Below, piece after piece: positions 39,101 to 50,118 of a DNA stretch of 64,000 bases (the first letter of the stretch is position 1; each line of letters starts with the position of its first letter). The notes under the pieces were generated by a model. It searched no databases. It saw only the letters and a program-made list of their open reading frames with translations, and was not told the origin of the DNA. The DNA comes from Moniliella sp. 'wahieum' (taxonomy: Eukaryota): assembly GCA_003971905.1 (NCBI GenBank), contig RSEE01000062.1, forward strand, positions 310,001 to 374,000, written 5' to 3'. The position numbers and the translations under genes are program-made.

Positions 39101-41057
39101 GAACACCGCCAGTCGCACAACCGCGTGTGGAGATACATATCACTGTGCCAATAGTAGCCCAGCGGTGTTGATCGATGATGTCGATGATGATGATGATGCG
39201 ATCAGGAACGAGATGATGCAATGATGGATGATGGCAATGGTCTCGATCCATGATGCATGATTATCGATTAATATTTAATAGACTAACTATCGGCTATCGG
39301 CTATCAATATCAGACTTGCTATAAGCTTGCTGCCCCTGTGCGTTCTACGTACGGCGCCTGTCACCGTTCAGACGTTTAGAGGGGGAAACCCGCCAAAGGG
39401 GAAAAGTGTATGTGCGTCACTCGCCACTCGCCGCTCCGTCACGCGTCACTGGGCTCCAGCGCTTATCCAGTGCGTCTCCCCACATATGCCCCAACGCAGC
39501 CCTTCCCCAACTTGAAGCTTGAAGCTTGTGAAGCCCGACACGGTGACTTTTCTGGATCTGACAGATCTAAGATCTAACATCTGACAGGTGACATGCCGCG
39601 ACACGTGACATTGAGACGAGATATATACTGTGAGACATGTGATCGATGATCGATGATCTCTCGTGCCGTGTGCCTGGTGTGCCTGGACTGTGGCGTGGCG
39701 TACGTTGCGTCCTCTTTTTACGCCTTTTACGCCTTGCTAGTAGGTCTTCGCGCTTTATAGGCCCTAAAGACTTCGTAGATCGAGTAGATCGTTTGTATAC
39801 GACAAGCTATTGGCTCATCCTCCCCCTTTCCCTTGCTCCGCCCTCTCGCTCATGCGGAGCGCGTCTCTTTAAGCTATCCAACCTCTTCAAAAGCTTCAAG
39901 GCGCTTCAAGCTTCAAGGCTCGTTAGTCAAGGTTCAACGTTCAAGATTCAAGCTTCTAGCTACAAGCATCGCGTCATGCACGTCATGCCCCCATTGACCA
40001 TCACGCTCAGCATCAAATATTATTAGTCGGTCGATAGACAGAGGCTATATAGTCACTAGTCACTGCTGTCAGGCCTGCCAGCGCTGAAGAGGCCAGAGCG
40101 CCTGAACGCCTACCTGAGGCCTCTTGGGCCCTGGTGAGCCCTGGTGAAGCCTCAGCCCCCACATGGGCGCAGTCACTAGTAGTCAGCTGCCGCTTTCCAA
40201 AGGCAAATGTCAATGAAGCGCGCCACGGCGTAAGTGCCTGCGCTGCCAAGCTTTGCGCGTTGCATTGCATCAGTACATGATGCATGAGATCTGAGATAGC
40301 ATCGAAATGCGGGGGGCGGACAAGGCGGACACATGCCTGCTCGAGCGGGAGAGAGGGCTTCTGGGGTCTGAAGCTCATACAGACCCCCAGTGCCTGGGTG
40401 CTTGAGCCCCTCCATAAAGCAGAGCGCCAGTGCCAGGGAGCGCCTATTGGCTCTTATATATTCGTCGTCACTAGTAACTGAGACGTTATCAGTGTGTCGA
40501 TAAGCTGTGCGCCTTCGCCCCGTCGACTGACCTCGACATGTGCTTGCCGAGTTCTACGCCTTTTCTCTGCCCACCCTCCTATTTGACAAATGCCGGATGG
40601 GGGAGGGGTTGGGGCATTAGGGTGTTTGGGTGCATTGAGGTCTGATGATGCCATGAGGCGAGAGGCCTGTGAGGGTTCTCTCTCTGGAGCTCTCTATGAG
40701 ACCCTGCACCCTTGAGCTTTGATTCTGTTGTGGCTCGCGCCTTGTCCTTTTTGTGCACACGAAAGAGCCTTTACTTGCTAGCACCATTCGTTGATGCCCC
40801 AGCTCGGTCCTCTTTCACATATTGTTAGTAACCACACGGATATAGTCACAGTACCGAAAATGGCTGTGGTGGTGTATGTATAAACCAACCGCCACAACAG
40901 GCTCTCCGTCCCGCCCCACCCTGCCCCTTTCGTTCATCGCTGGACAACCACTTCTATCACAACTTCACCACTGTCCCAACAGCCTTACAGCTCCAGCCCA
41001 GCACACTCTCCGACAAAGCGCCTTTGGCCCAGTCAGCCCCAGCTCACCGTCGTAACC

Positions 41058-43540
41058 ATGGTTGCCCGTACGCTCTGACCCCTTTCCTTCCTCGTCTACC
41101 TAGAGGTGTGCGAATTGTTACTACATCGCATCCCTATGAGCTAACCCCTTCTTGCTCATACTCTGATTCAGCATCCCAAACCGTGGGTTTCGATGAAAGC
41201 GTGGTTCCGGTCGGTTCCAAAGATGATAATATCCTCCGGGCGGAGGTTAATAGCACCAGTCCTATTGACGAAAAGAAGTTGGATGGGATCGACAGTAATG
41301 TGCTCGAAAAGCTTAGTGGAAGTGACGCCCGCCGCTTTGATCCTTCCTTCACCCATCCTCTACCCACTATCGACGAGCTGAAAACTCTTCGTCGCCTTCC
41401 TGCCCCAGTTCCCTGGCGTGCGTTTGGCGTGGCCATATGTGAATTGGCAGAACGCTTCTCGTACTATGGTGTCATCAACGCCTTCACCAACTTTATTCAA
41501 CAACCCCGTCCTCCCTACAGTCAGGTGGCCGCAAGGTGCCAATCGAGCCTCGAATGGGGTGACGGGTGCGCTCCACAAAGGTCAGCGGGCCGCATTTGGC
41601 ATTACAACCTTCAACTCCTTCTGGGTTTACTGCATGCCTCTGCTCGGTGCTTACCTGGCCGACTCATACTGGGGTCGTTTTAAAACGATTGCTATTGCAC
41701 TGGTCATCGCAACCATTGGCCACATATTCTCATTAGTACGTGCATTCCCCCTCCTTTTCATCACAGCGCTGAGACAATCCGGCGGGAACGTGACATTGAC
41801 TTTGACTCGCAGTCAGTGCCATCCCTTCCGTTATGGACAACGTCAACGGATCGTATGCCTGCCTCATCATTGCTATCATTATCTTTGGTGTGGGTACAGG
41901 TTGGTTCAAGTCTTCGGTACGTTTCTGGCCTCTCGTTCACCGATATAATATTTCATTGAAAGGTATGTACTGACTTTTGAGCATCTTCTGTTCTCAGGTG
42001 AGCCCTCTCATTGCCGAACAGGTAGCGGCAACCAAGATGTACACCACCACCCTCGAGAAGAGCAACGAGAGGGTGATTATTGACCCCAGTCTGACTCTGA
42101 CGCGCCTGTTCATGGTCTTGTACGTCCCTTTTTTCTCACGGAAGAGAATAGCATATATATATATGCGCACTTATTGATCTACCGTCTATGTTCAGCTATT
42201 TGTTCATCAACATTGGTGCCCTGGGCGGCCAAGTTGGTATGGCCTACTCTGAAAGTACGTCCCCCTTTTCTACCATTCTACCTTCTTTACTAAACGCTGT
42301 TATTGACGGTGCTTTTCTGCCCAATAGAATATGTAGGATTTTGGCTGGAGTACACCTTCCAACCATCTTGCTGCTGATCTGTGGGCCCGTGTTATACTTC
42401 TGGCGCAATTACTACATCAAGACACCCCCATCTGGATCGCTCATGCCGTCAGCTTTTCGCATTCTGTGGTTCTGCACGAAACCCTGCTTCAGCTGGAACC
42501 CAGTCAAGATGTTCAAGAAGATGAGGGCCGATGACTTTTGGGATTATGCGCTTCCCAGCCGCTTCTCCCGGAAACGCGTCCCAAGTGGATGACATTTGAA
42601 GATATATGGGTGATGGAGGTGCGCCGGACGTTCAAGGCATGCCAAGTGTTTTGTCTCTTGCCCATTTCCAGCTGGCGTACAATCAAATGACGTCCAACCT
42701 TCTCTCGCAGGCTGCTACCATGCGACTTAATGGTGCCCAACAGTATCATTCAGAACCTGGACCCCATTGGTATGCCTCCTTCTTGACTCTCCTTCTTGCT
42801 TGTTGTAATTATCGCAACGGATGACAGAGTATGCTAACCTTTTGAACCCACCCGCCCCCTCTAATAAATAGCCATTATCATCCTTGTCCCAATTCTGGAC
42901 TTTGTCGTCTACCCCATGCTGCGTCGACGCGGATGGAGGGTGTCTGCACTTCAGCGCATGGCGGTCGGGTACCAAGTTGCGGCTCTGGCCATGGTGTACG
43001 CAGCCGTGACCCAGCACTTCATTTACAAGAAACACCCTGTGGCTACTACGCCGCCACGTGCGACACAAAGGTGCCGATTACCGTGTGGCAACAATCGGGG
43101 GCGTACATTCTGATTGCCACATCGGAACTCTTTGTCAATGTGCCTTCGCTTGAGTATGCCTACTCCAAGGCCCCCAAAAAGATGAAGTCGTTTGTGATGG
43201 GCATCCAACTGTTCACCTCAGCTATCAGCTCGGCCATCGGAGAGGCATTTACCCCCATCAGTAATGACCCCAAGCTGGTGGAGAACTATATCATTGTTGC
43301 TGGCCTTTCGAGCGGAGCGGGGATTGTATTCATCTTTGTACGCACAGTGCACTCTCTCTTTTCGAAGAGAGGAGGGGGGGATGCGAGCAAAGCTAACCTG
43401 TGAATTACTTTCTGCTCTGCAGTTGTTCTACAATCTGGACCGCCAAGAGGAGCACCTCAACAATCTGGACCGCGAAGGGGAAACGGTTGGAGGAGGAAAT
43501 CCGTCACGAGCACAAGCGGGCACAGCACCACGAGACTTAG
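41058..43540 (+). CDS. PTR2: PTR2/POT-family proton-coupled di/tripeptide transporter (multi-exon)
   Basis: ICELAERFSYYG (ExxER motif), FTNFIQQP, PLLGAYLADSYWGRFKTI, SPLIAEQ, YLFINIGAL, SELFVNVPSLEYAYSKAPKKMKSFV. First intron 41068-41171 gives MVAPSQTVGF, and several further GTACGT/GTATGC introns follow. TATA-like TATAAA at ~40879. Confidence 0.93.
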
Positions 43541-44470
43541 ACGTACCTCATCTACTTCCGCGCTCGTATCTCTCTCTATACGCGGACTGTGGTTGCATCA
43601 ACGCTTCTTACCTTCCCCCCTTCGCCCACTCTCTGTTCCTTCTCTTTGTATCGTTCGCCACCCGCTTTGGTCGCCGTACCGATGACACTGTGGGCCTCAC
43701 ACATGTCGCTGTCATTTTATCATGTGTGGGCCATCACTCTTGTGGCTTTATTCCCGTTGATATGATTTGTATATGTACTACGAGGCCCCGTCAACACAGT
43801 GTGCTCGTGTGAGTGGGTCTGTGGCTGTCGGTCTCTTGTCCCTGCTCTGTTATCCCCGCCTCTCGCTTTTTGACAGTGTGGTTTCGCACGCCCGCATTTC
43901 TTGTTGAATATTGTTGATGGCACCTCACGTTAAACATGTTGACGATAACGCATGTCGATGTTGCATCCATTTTCTGGGTCTGATACAGGACAATAGTAAG
44001 AAGAAAGTGTTTTGTTACGTGAGTTTATGGTAATACTACAGCCAATCCGACGTGTCGTGGTATGTATTTCCCCCGTACTAGTCCAAACGGAAGTCCACTA
44101 TATTGCGTTTGACTTCAAATTGCTTTCTCGTCAAGCTCTGTGGTGGCGTGTTGGTGGAAAGAAGAGCGCAGTCTCTACAAAAGCATGGAACGATGGTATG
44201 CAAAAGGTCAATATAATATCGAAGGACACTGGATGTCTTACCCACACGTACCAAACACGTCGCTTTTCATCAAGCAACAACTATACATTGAAGGTATGCA
44301 TTTCCAGCCCAATGAAAAATGAGGTTTCCACATTCACTGTCCTCTCTGGTGGCACACAGCGGTGTGATCCCATTTGGAGTTGCAATAAAAGAAACCACAG
44401 GGAGTTTAGCTTTTGCAGCTGCTGGAAGGCCTCTGGAAGACCCATGCTTCAAATGAGCTTGCAAAAAAGA

Positions 44471-44564
44471 TGCTTCAAAGGGGAATCGAACCCCTGTCAC
44501 ATCGACGCCTCACAGGCGCGGGGCCATCTGGCAACGATGTAGTATACCACTAACCCATTGAAGC
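44471..44564 (-). tRNA. tRNA-Gly(GCC) with 23-nt intron (44506-44528)
   Basis: Acceptor GCTTCAA/TTGAAGC plus A73, D loop AGTGGTA, anticodon stem CATCG/CGATG around TT-GCC-A, T arm AGGGG-TTCGATT-CCCCT. Mature length 71 nt, with a T6 terminator just downstream. Confidence 0.93.
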
Positions 44565-44618
44565 TTTGAAAGGGTGTGTAGCCATAGTTTTTCCTCCAAG
44601 AGGAAGATACCTTAGCCC

Positions 44619-44969
44619 TGCTAGAGTGCGACTTGGGAGCACTCGCGATCCTATGGATCGGCTGCAAAGCAGCCTTCAGACAAGGCGTGAAGGCAAAGTG
44701 GTGAGCCACAAGTCTTCAAGCAACGTCTCATTGTGAGGAGCAACAGGTCAAGAAAGGAAGCAGAGGCGTACCTTCAGACAAGGCGTGAAGGCAAAGTGGT
44801 GAGCCACAAGTCTTCAAGCAACGTCTGAAGGGAAGGAGAAAGGAGAGAGAGAAGGGAGATGGAGCGAGCAGGGCGCGCGCGGCCTGAGCGGAACGCTTCC
44901 GCTCGGCTAGGCGAGCGTCACCGATCCATTGAGGGCCGTGCAGGAGAACCCTAGCAGTACCCTCTAGCA
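44619..44969 (-). repeat. 3' LTR (351 bp, with internal 56-bp duplication)
   Basis: 44673-44728 is repeated at 44771-44826 with a 42-bp spacer. Otherwise it matches the 5' LTR. Confidence 0.93.
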
Positions 44970-45151
44970 GCCCCCCTCGGTGAGCTCGCCAGACCACAGG
45001 TGGTGGTGGTCCTCGGCCAAGGGCCAAGGCATGGATGAAAGAAGAAAGGATGTCTCCAACGCCTCTGGTCAAAAGTGAAAGGAAAACATAATTGGCAAGC
45101 GATGTTGCCAAGTCAAGGAAGAAACAGTATATTCAACGCATGGAGGTAAGG

Positions 45152-45470
45152 AGGAAGCGTAGAAAGTCACAGAGGTCAATTCAACTTGGAAGTATAAACA
45201 ACATGTGCCAAGTCGAAACAGGATGTTCAGCGTATGAGGGGGAAGCGTAGAAAGTCATAGAGGTCAATTCAACTTGGAGGTAGAAACAACATGTTCCAAG
45301 TCGAAAGAGTATGCTGAACGTGTGCAGGTAAGGAAGTTTCGAAAGTCATAGAGGTCGATTCAACTTGGAGATATAGACAATATGCCAAGTCGAACCGAAG
45401 CCAAAGTCGAACAGTAAAAACGTAGAGTTGGAGGTCGAGTAGAGCCATAGAAGGCAATTCAACTGGAAAG
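45152..45470. repeat. ~90-bp AT-richer tandem repeat, 3+ copies
   Basis: GGAAGCGTAGAAAGTCAxAGAGGTCAATTCAACTTGGA...CCAAGTCGAA recurs at 45152 and 45241, and more diverged at 45332. Confidence 0.85.
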
Positions 45471-45639
45471 AAACCAACAAGTCAAAGTGGCACAGTCATG
45501 AAAAAGAGAAAAAGGACCAAATTCAGGACAGAAAAAGGATGACGACTGGTTCAACCGCCACGCGGACCAGCGTCAACGATGGTTCGAAAGTACCTTGTAG
45601 GTGATCAGTACACTTCGCAAGCAGCACCGCTGGCAAAGG

Positions 45640-46310
45640 AGCGACCAAAGTTTCCGGGCCCGGGTCAGGGATGAAAGTGCAACGGCTGCTCATGTAGCGT
45701 ACACTAGAGACAGTGCCTCCCGTCTTGAGACAGCCAAAGAAACTCCCACTTGGGCCAGAAAGGAAACCATAGCCGCCCATGCAGCCCACATAGTCAACAG
45801 CACCGCCAATCTTGGAACGGTCAAGGTACCCCGCGCCCGGGTCAGGTAGGAAACGGCCACAACCATTAGTGTAACCTAAACCGTCAACAGCGCCACTGCT
45901 CTTGAGACGGTCGAAGTATCCCCCGCCCGGGTCAAGTAGAAAATTGCCACAACCATTAGTGTAGCCGAAACTGTCAACAGTAGCACTGGTCTTGGGACGG
46001 TCAAAGTACCCCCCGCCCGTGTCAAAGAGGAAACTGCCACCGCTGTCAGTGTGGCCCAAACTGTCAACAGCAGCACTGGTCTTGGGACGGCCAAAGTACC
46101 CCCCGCCCAGGTCAGATAGGAAAGTGCCACCGCTGCCCGTGTAGCCCAAAACATAAACGGTGCCCCCGATCGTCGATCGGTCAAAGTACCACTGGTCCGA
46201 GTCAGGTAAGAAACTGCCACAGCCGCCCGTGTAGCCCAAATCGTAAACGGTGCCTGTGGTCTTGGAACGATCAAAATACCACCCGCCCGGGTCAGATAGG
46301 AAGCCGTCAG
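45640..46310. repeat. 90-bp tandem repeat, ~7.5 diverged copies (30-aa unit GxFLxDPGGGYFDRxKTxGxVDxLGYTxGx)
   Basis: Visible in ORF 45523-46386. Confidence 0.88.
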
Positions 46311-46399
46311 AACCCCCATCATGTTGGGTGCAATGGGAGAGCGGGACGTTAAAGCAGAGCACACAAGAGGACCAACGAGTCCGCACATTACCTCCCTAG

Positions 46400-49063
46400 C
46401 TAACCAAGTAAGAAGGCAGCTAGGGTGGCTTGCGTCGGTGTTGGGCCCCGGCCAAGAGACCTCAGGTCAGTATCAATATTCTCTCCCGACATGACAATGT
46501 GTGCCTGAGGGTCGGTGCCGTGCCCGTGCTTAATTTGGAACAGGCAGGCCTGCCAACACATGGTGAGTATCGCTGAAAAGGGTGGGTGGGAGGGAACAGT
46601 AAGGCAAGGTGGTCCGGGCGCGTAAATGCATGTGCGGAAGGACGAGGGCAGCCCCCCTTTTTCCCGCATCCCGTCGATGGCCGCAAGCTCTGACACAGCG
46701 GCAATCGCCTTCCCTGCGTATGGTGCTAGGCCGACCGTGCAAAGCTTGTCCGCAAGCTCGGCGACCGTTAATTCTCCATGTCCAGCCGCCAGGTCGACAC
46801 CGCCACACGCCATCGGCCCCCCTTGATCGGACGCTCGGCCAATAGCAGCGCGCGACATCGGTCCCCCTTGGTCAGGCACCAGGCCGACACGTCCACACGC
46901 CATCGACCCCCCTTTGTCAGGCGCCTGGCCAATAGCACCACACGCTATCGGTCCCCCTTTGTCAGGCGCTTGGCCAATGGCACCACACGCGGTCGGCCCC
47001 CCTTTGTCGGGCGCCTGGCCAATAGCACCACACGCTATCGGCCCCCCTTGGTCGGGTGCCTGATGGACGTCAATGGGAACCGGGCCACCAAGCGCCTGGT
47101 CGGACGCCATGCCATCCACCGGCCCCCCTTTGTCAGACGCTAGGCCAACCCACCGGCCCCCCTTGATAGGGTGCCAAGCCAACCACCGGCCCCCTTCATC
47201 GGGTACCGGGCCAGCCATCGTTTCCTCTTCATCGGGTGAAGAGGCACCAAGCGCCATCGGCCCCCCTTGGCCAGGCGCTGGACTTTAACAGGTACCAGGC
47301 CCGAGCGCCTGATCAGGTGCCATGCCATCCACCGTCCCACTGTATCACGCCAGGCCAGCCACCGGCCCCCTTGATCGGGTGCCAAGTCAGCCATTGTTTC
47401 CCCTTCATCGGTGCAAAGGACCGAGCGCAATCAGCCCCCCTTTACCAGGCGCCGGGACTGCAACGGGTACCGGGCCACCAAGCGCCTGACGGTGTCTGAT
47501 CCTGAGCCACGATAGCAACTGACATGGACCTGGGGGAATGCACCTCCCGTGACGCATAGTCACCACCCGCTGGGGGTAAGTCCGGGCCGACAGATGTCAT
47601 CGCAGCCACAGGATCCGGTTCGGCGATAGCAGCTGGCGTGGACCTGGGGGAATGCACCTCCCGTGACGCATAGTCACCACCCGCTGGGGGTAAGCCCGGG
47701 CCGACAGATGCCATCGCAGCCACAGGATCCGGCTTGGCGATAGCAGCTGGCGTGGACCTGGGGGAATGCACCTCCCGTGACACATAGTCACCACCCGCTG
47801 GGGGTAAGTCCGGGCCGACAGATGCCATCGCAGCCACAGGATCCGGTTCGGCGATAGCAGCTGGCGTGGACCTGGGCGAATGCACCCCCAGTGACGCATG
47901 GTCACCACCCGCTGGGGGTAAATCCGGACCAACAGGTGCCATCGCAACCACCGCTGGAACCTGAGCAGCAACAGCAACTGACCCCTCCTGGAGCGAATGC
48001 GCCCCCGATCGTATGGACTTGATCCGCCGGTCGTGAATCAGGGTCGACGGATTCCATCGGAGCCACAAGGTCATGAACCACGACAGCAGGTGACATGGAC
48101 TCGGAGGAATGTGCTTCCGACGGTATACAGGCACCATGTTCTGTGAGTAAGTCCGGGCCAACAGACGGCATTGCTGCAACAGGGTCGTACCCAACAGCAG
48201 TTAACTCAGCCCCGGACTTGGGACTAGCGGAATGCATCGTCAGTAAATCAGGACCAACGCGTGGCATCTTGCCCAGAGGCTCATGGGCGACAGCAACTGG
48301 CTCACACGCGGGCGAAGCAAGGTGTTCCGCTGGCTCGCTGGCACCACGAGCCGGGAAAGGCTCGTCAACGAGTGGTGCTGCAACCAGAGGTTTACCCTCT
48401 CCACCAGTGCAATCACGAGAGCAATCCACATCCTTGGGGCCAGGCACGACCACACCTTGGGGCTCTCTGATACAGTCCGCTGGGTCGAGGAGCATGTCAC
48501 GCATGGCACGACGCTTCAGATCGACATGGTGTTTGGAAGCCTGATTGCCCTCGTACAGTTTCCAAGCATTACGCACTGCCTTGAGATGGCGAAGATTGCC
48601 TTCTGCAAGTCCTCAAAGGTGGAGAAGCGATGAGACTTGGTATAAAAGACGTAGGCAACATAGAAGTCGGTCGGTGTGAGCAAGAAGTTTTCGCCACCAT
48701 GGCCTTTATTGTAGTCGGTAATGATATCAGCCACAATAGAGTCCTTGTCTGCCACTGCAGAACCAGGGAGCGGGGAGGCGATGCCACTCATCGGCATACC
48801 CAGTGGCGAATGGTAGGAATGACTTCCAGGATGAACTTGGCAGCGACGTCCTCGTCAACGTCCGAAAGAACGACGTTCAGTTGAGCCCAAGCATAAGTCG
48901 TGCCCTTGATGCGAAAAGCCGGCCACTTCGCTGTCGTGCCAGGAGCTATCCCGACTTGGGAGTTGGGGTCAAACTCGCCACGACGAACATACGCTTCCAC
49001 AATGTCGCGAGGCGAGGAAACCGGGTGCGCAGAATGCGCAGAGGCAGAAGATAAGGGCGACAT
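46400..49063 (-). CDS. Gag-position ORF of the LTR element, unrecognised N-terminus followed by repeat arrays (frameshifted)
   Basis: The ATG lies inside the PBS (GGTT-ATG). Consecutive ORFs 48788-49063, 48516-48797, 47902-48576, 47442-48194 and 46400-47257. No zinc knuckle, protease, integrase or RT motifs seen. Confidence 0.5.
46800..47065. repeat. 45-bp tandem repeat, ~6 copies (15-aa unit QAPDKGGPIACGAIG)
   Basis: Visible in ORF 46400-47257. Shorter related units continue to ~47450. Confidence 0.85.
47525..47945. repeat. 114-bp tandem repeat, ~4 copies (38-aa unit AAMASVGPDLPPAGGDYASREVHSPRSTPAAIAEPDPV)
   Basis: Near-identical units, with more diverged copies continuing to ~48290. Confidence 0.9.
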
Positions 49064-49067
49064 AACC

Positions 49068-49318
49068 TGCTAGAGTGCGACTTGGGAGCACTCGCGATCC
49101 TATGGATCGGCTGCAAAGCAGCTTCAGACAAGGCGTGAAGGCAAAGTGGTGAGCCACAAGTCTTCAAGCAACGTCTGAAGGGAAGGAGAAAGGAGAGAGA
49201 GAAGGGAGATGGAGCGAGCAGGGCGCGCGCGGCCTGCGAGCGGAACGCTTCCGCTCGGCTAGGCGAGCGTCACCCCATTGAGGGCCGTGCAGGAGAACCC
49301 TAGCAGTACCCTCTAGCA
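49068..49318 (-). repeat. 5' LTR (251 bp)
   Basis: Near-identical to 44619-44969 apart from a 98-bp extra segment in that copy. TG...CA ends with 8-bp inverted termini. Confidence 0.93.
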
Positions 49319-50070
49319 AGCCCAGCCTCTGAATTAGGTCGAAAACCATCTGTCTCCCGACCCGAAAATCAAATGTAGCTCGAGTGGATGTAATGAGACA
49401 TGTCGGAGCGATTCGATGAAGGTTGAACCTGCTAAAGACGATCTCTTCAACTGGTTCTTTCGAGTTTTCAAACGCTTTGGGTGTGCCTTGGGTGCTACTT
49501 CTTTCGATGTCAAAATTAAAGCACCCTCTCGTCCCTGTGGACTCTTTCGTTCCCGAGTACCCCCTCCAAGGTACATAGATGATCAAAATAGCGAAAAGAA
49601 GTAAACCCTGGTCGTATGACCGACGGAAGTAGTAGAATCGCGACAGGGAGAACCGTATATAACACGTATCATCATATAGTTGAAGGCAAAAAGGGGTATA
49701 GCCATGGCTGTAACTAGTAGACCGCAACATTGCCGACAAAAGAAAGTGCTCCCTCTCTGTACGACGAGTCAAAAGGCACCCTTGCGCCATTTAGTTGGAT
49801 ACCCACATTAACTGAAGTCACAGAGTTCGTCATTGAGTAACAACATTCTTTGGGTTAGAGCAGCACACACAGAATGGGCTGTGCGGCAAGCACTAACCAT
49901 CTGTCTCTATTGCCTTAGGCCTTAAGGCCCAAGTACCTTTCATCCTGGGCTTTTCTCACAGGCTCTATTTATGGGGAATATGGGGAGCCAGAGTAATTGC
50001 ATGTTCTAGTGCTGAGTGAGGCGAAAAATGTCATGCGATCGAGAGGGCATGAAAGCCTGCTAGAAGGAAG

Positions 50071-50118
50071 TGCTAGAGTGCGACTTGCCACTCTCGCAAG
50101 ATCCTATGCGGAATCGCC
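50071..50118. mobile_element. Diverged fragment of a related LTR end
   Basis: TGCTAGAGTGCGACTTG is identical to the LTR terminus, then ...CACTCTCGCAAGATCCTATGCGGAATCG versus CACTCGCGATCCTATGGATCG in the LTR. Confidence 0.65.

Larger units (their letters stand above)
44619..49318 (-). mobile_element. Non-autonomous Ty1/copia-type LTR retroelement (no pol recognisable)
   Basis: LTRs 49068-49318 and 44619-44969, both TGCTAGAG...CTCTAGCA. TSD AGCCC at 44614-44618 and 49319-49323. PBS GGTTATGTCGCCC directly after the 5' LTR. PPT GAGGGGGG just before the 3' LTR. Confidence 0.93.

Noticed and set aside
41068..41171. 2-nt microexon in the PTR2 first intron (TAG-AG-GTGTGC)
   Set aside because: A single intron 41068-41171 already gives an in-frame product. 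It cannot be resolved without transcripts.
45152..47945. Tandem arrays as CRISPR
   Set aside because: The units are contiguous without unique spacers, there are no cas genes, and the context is eukaryotic and inside an LTR element.
44619..49318. Retrozyme (hammerhead ribozyme in the LTRs)
   Set aside because: No CUGANGA...GAAA core found on either strand of the LTRs.
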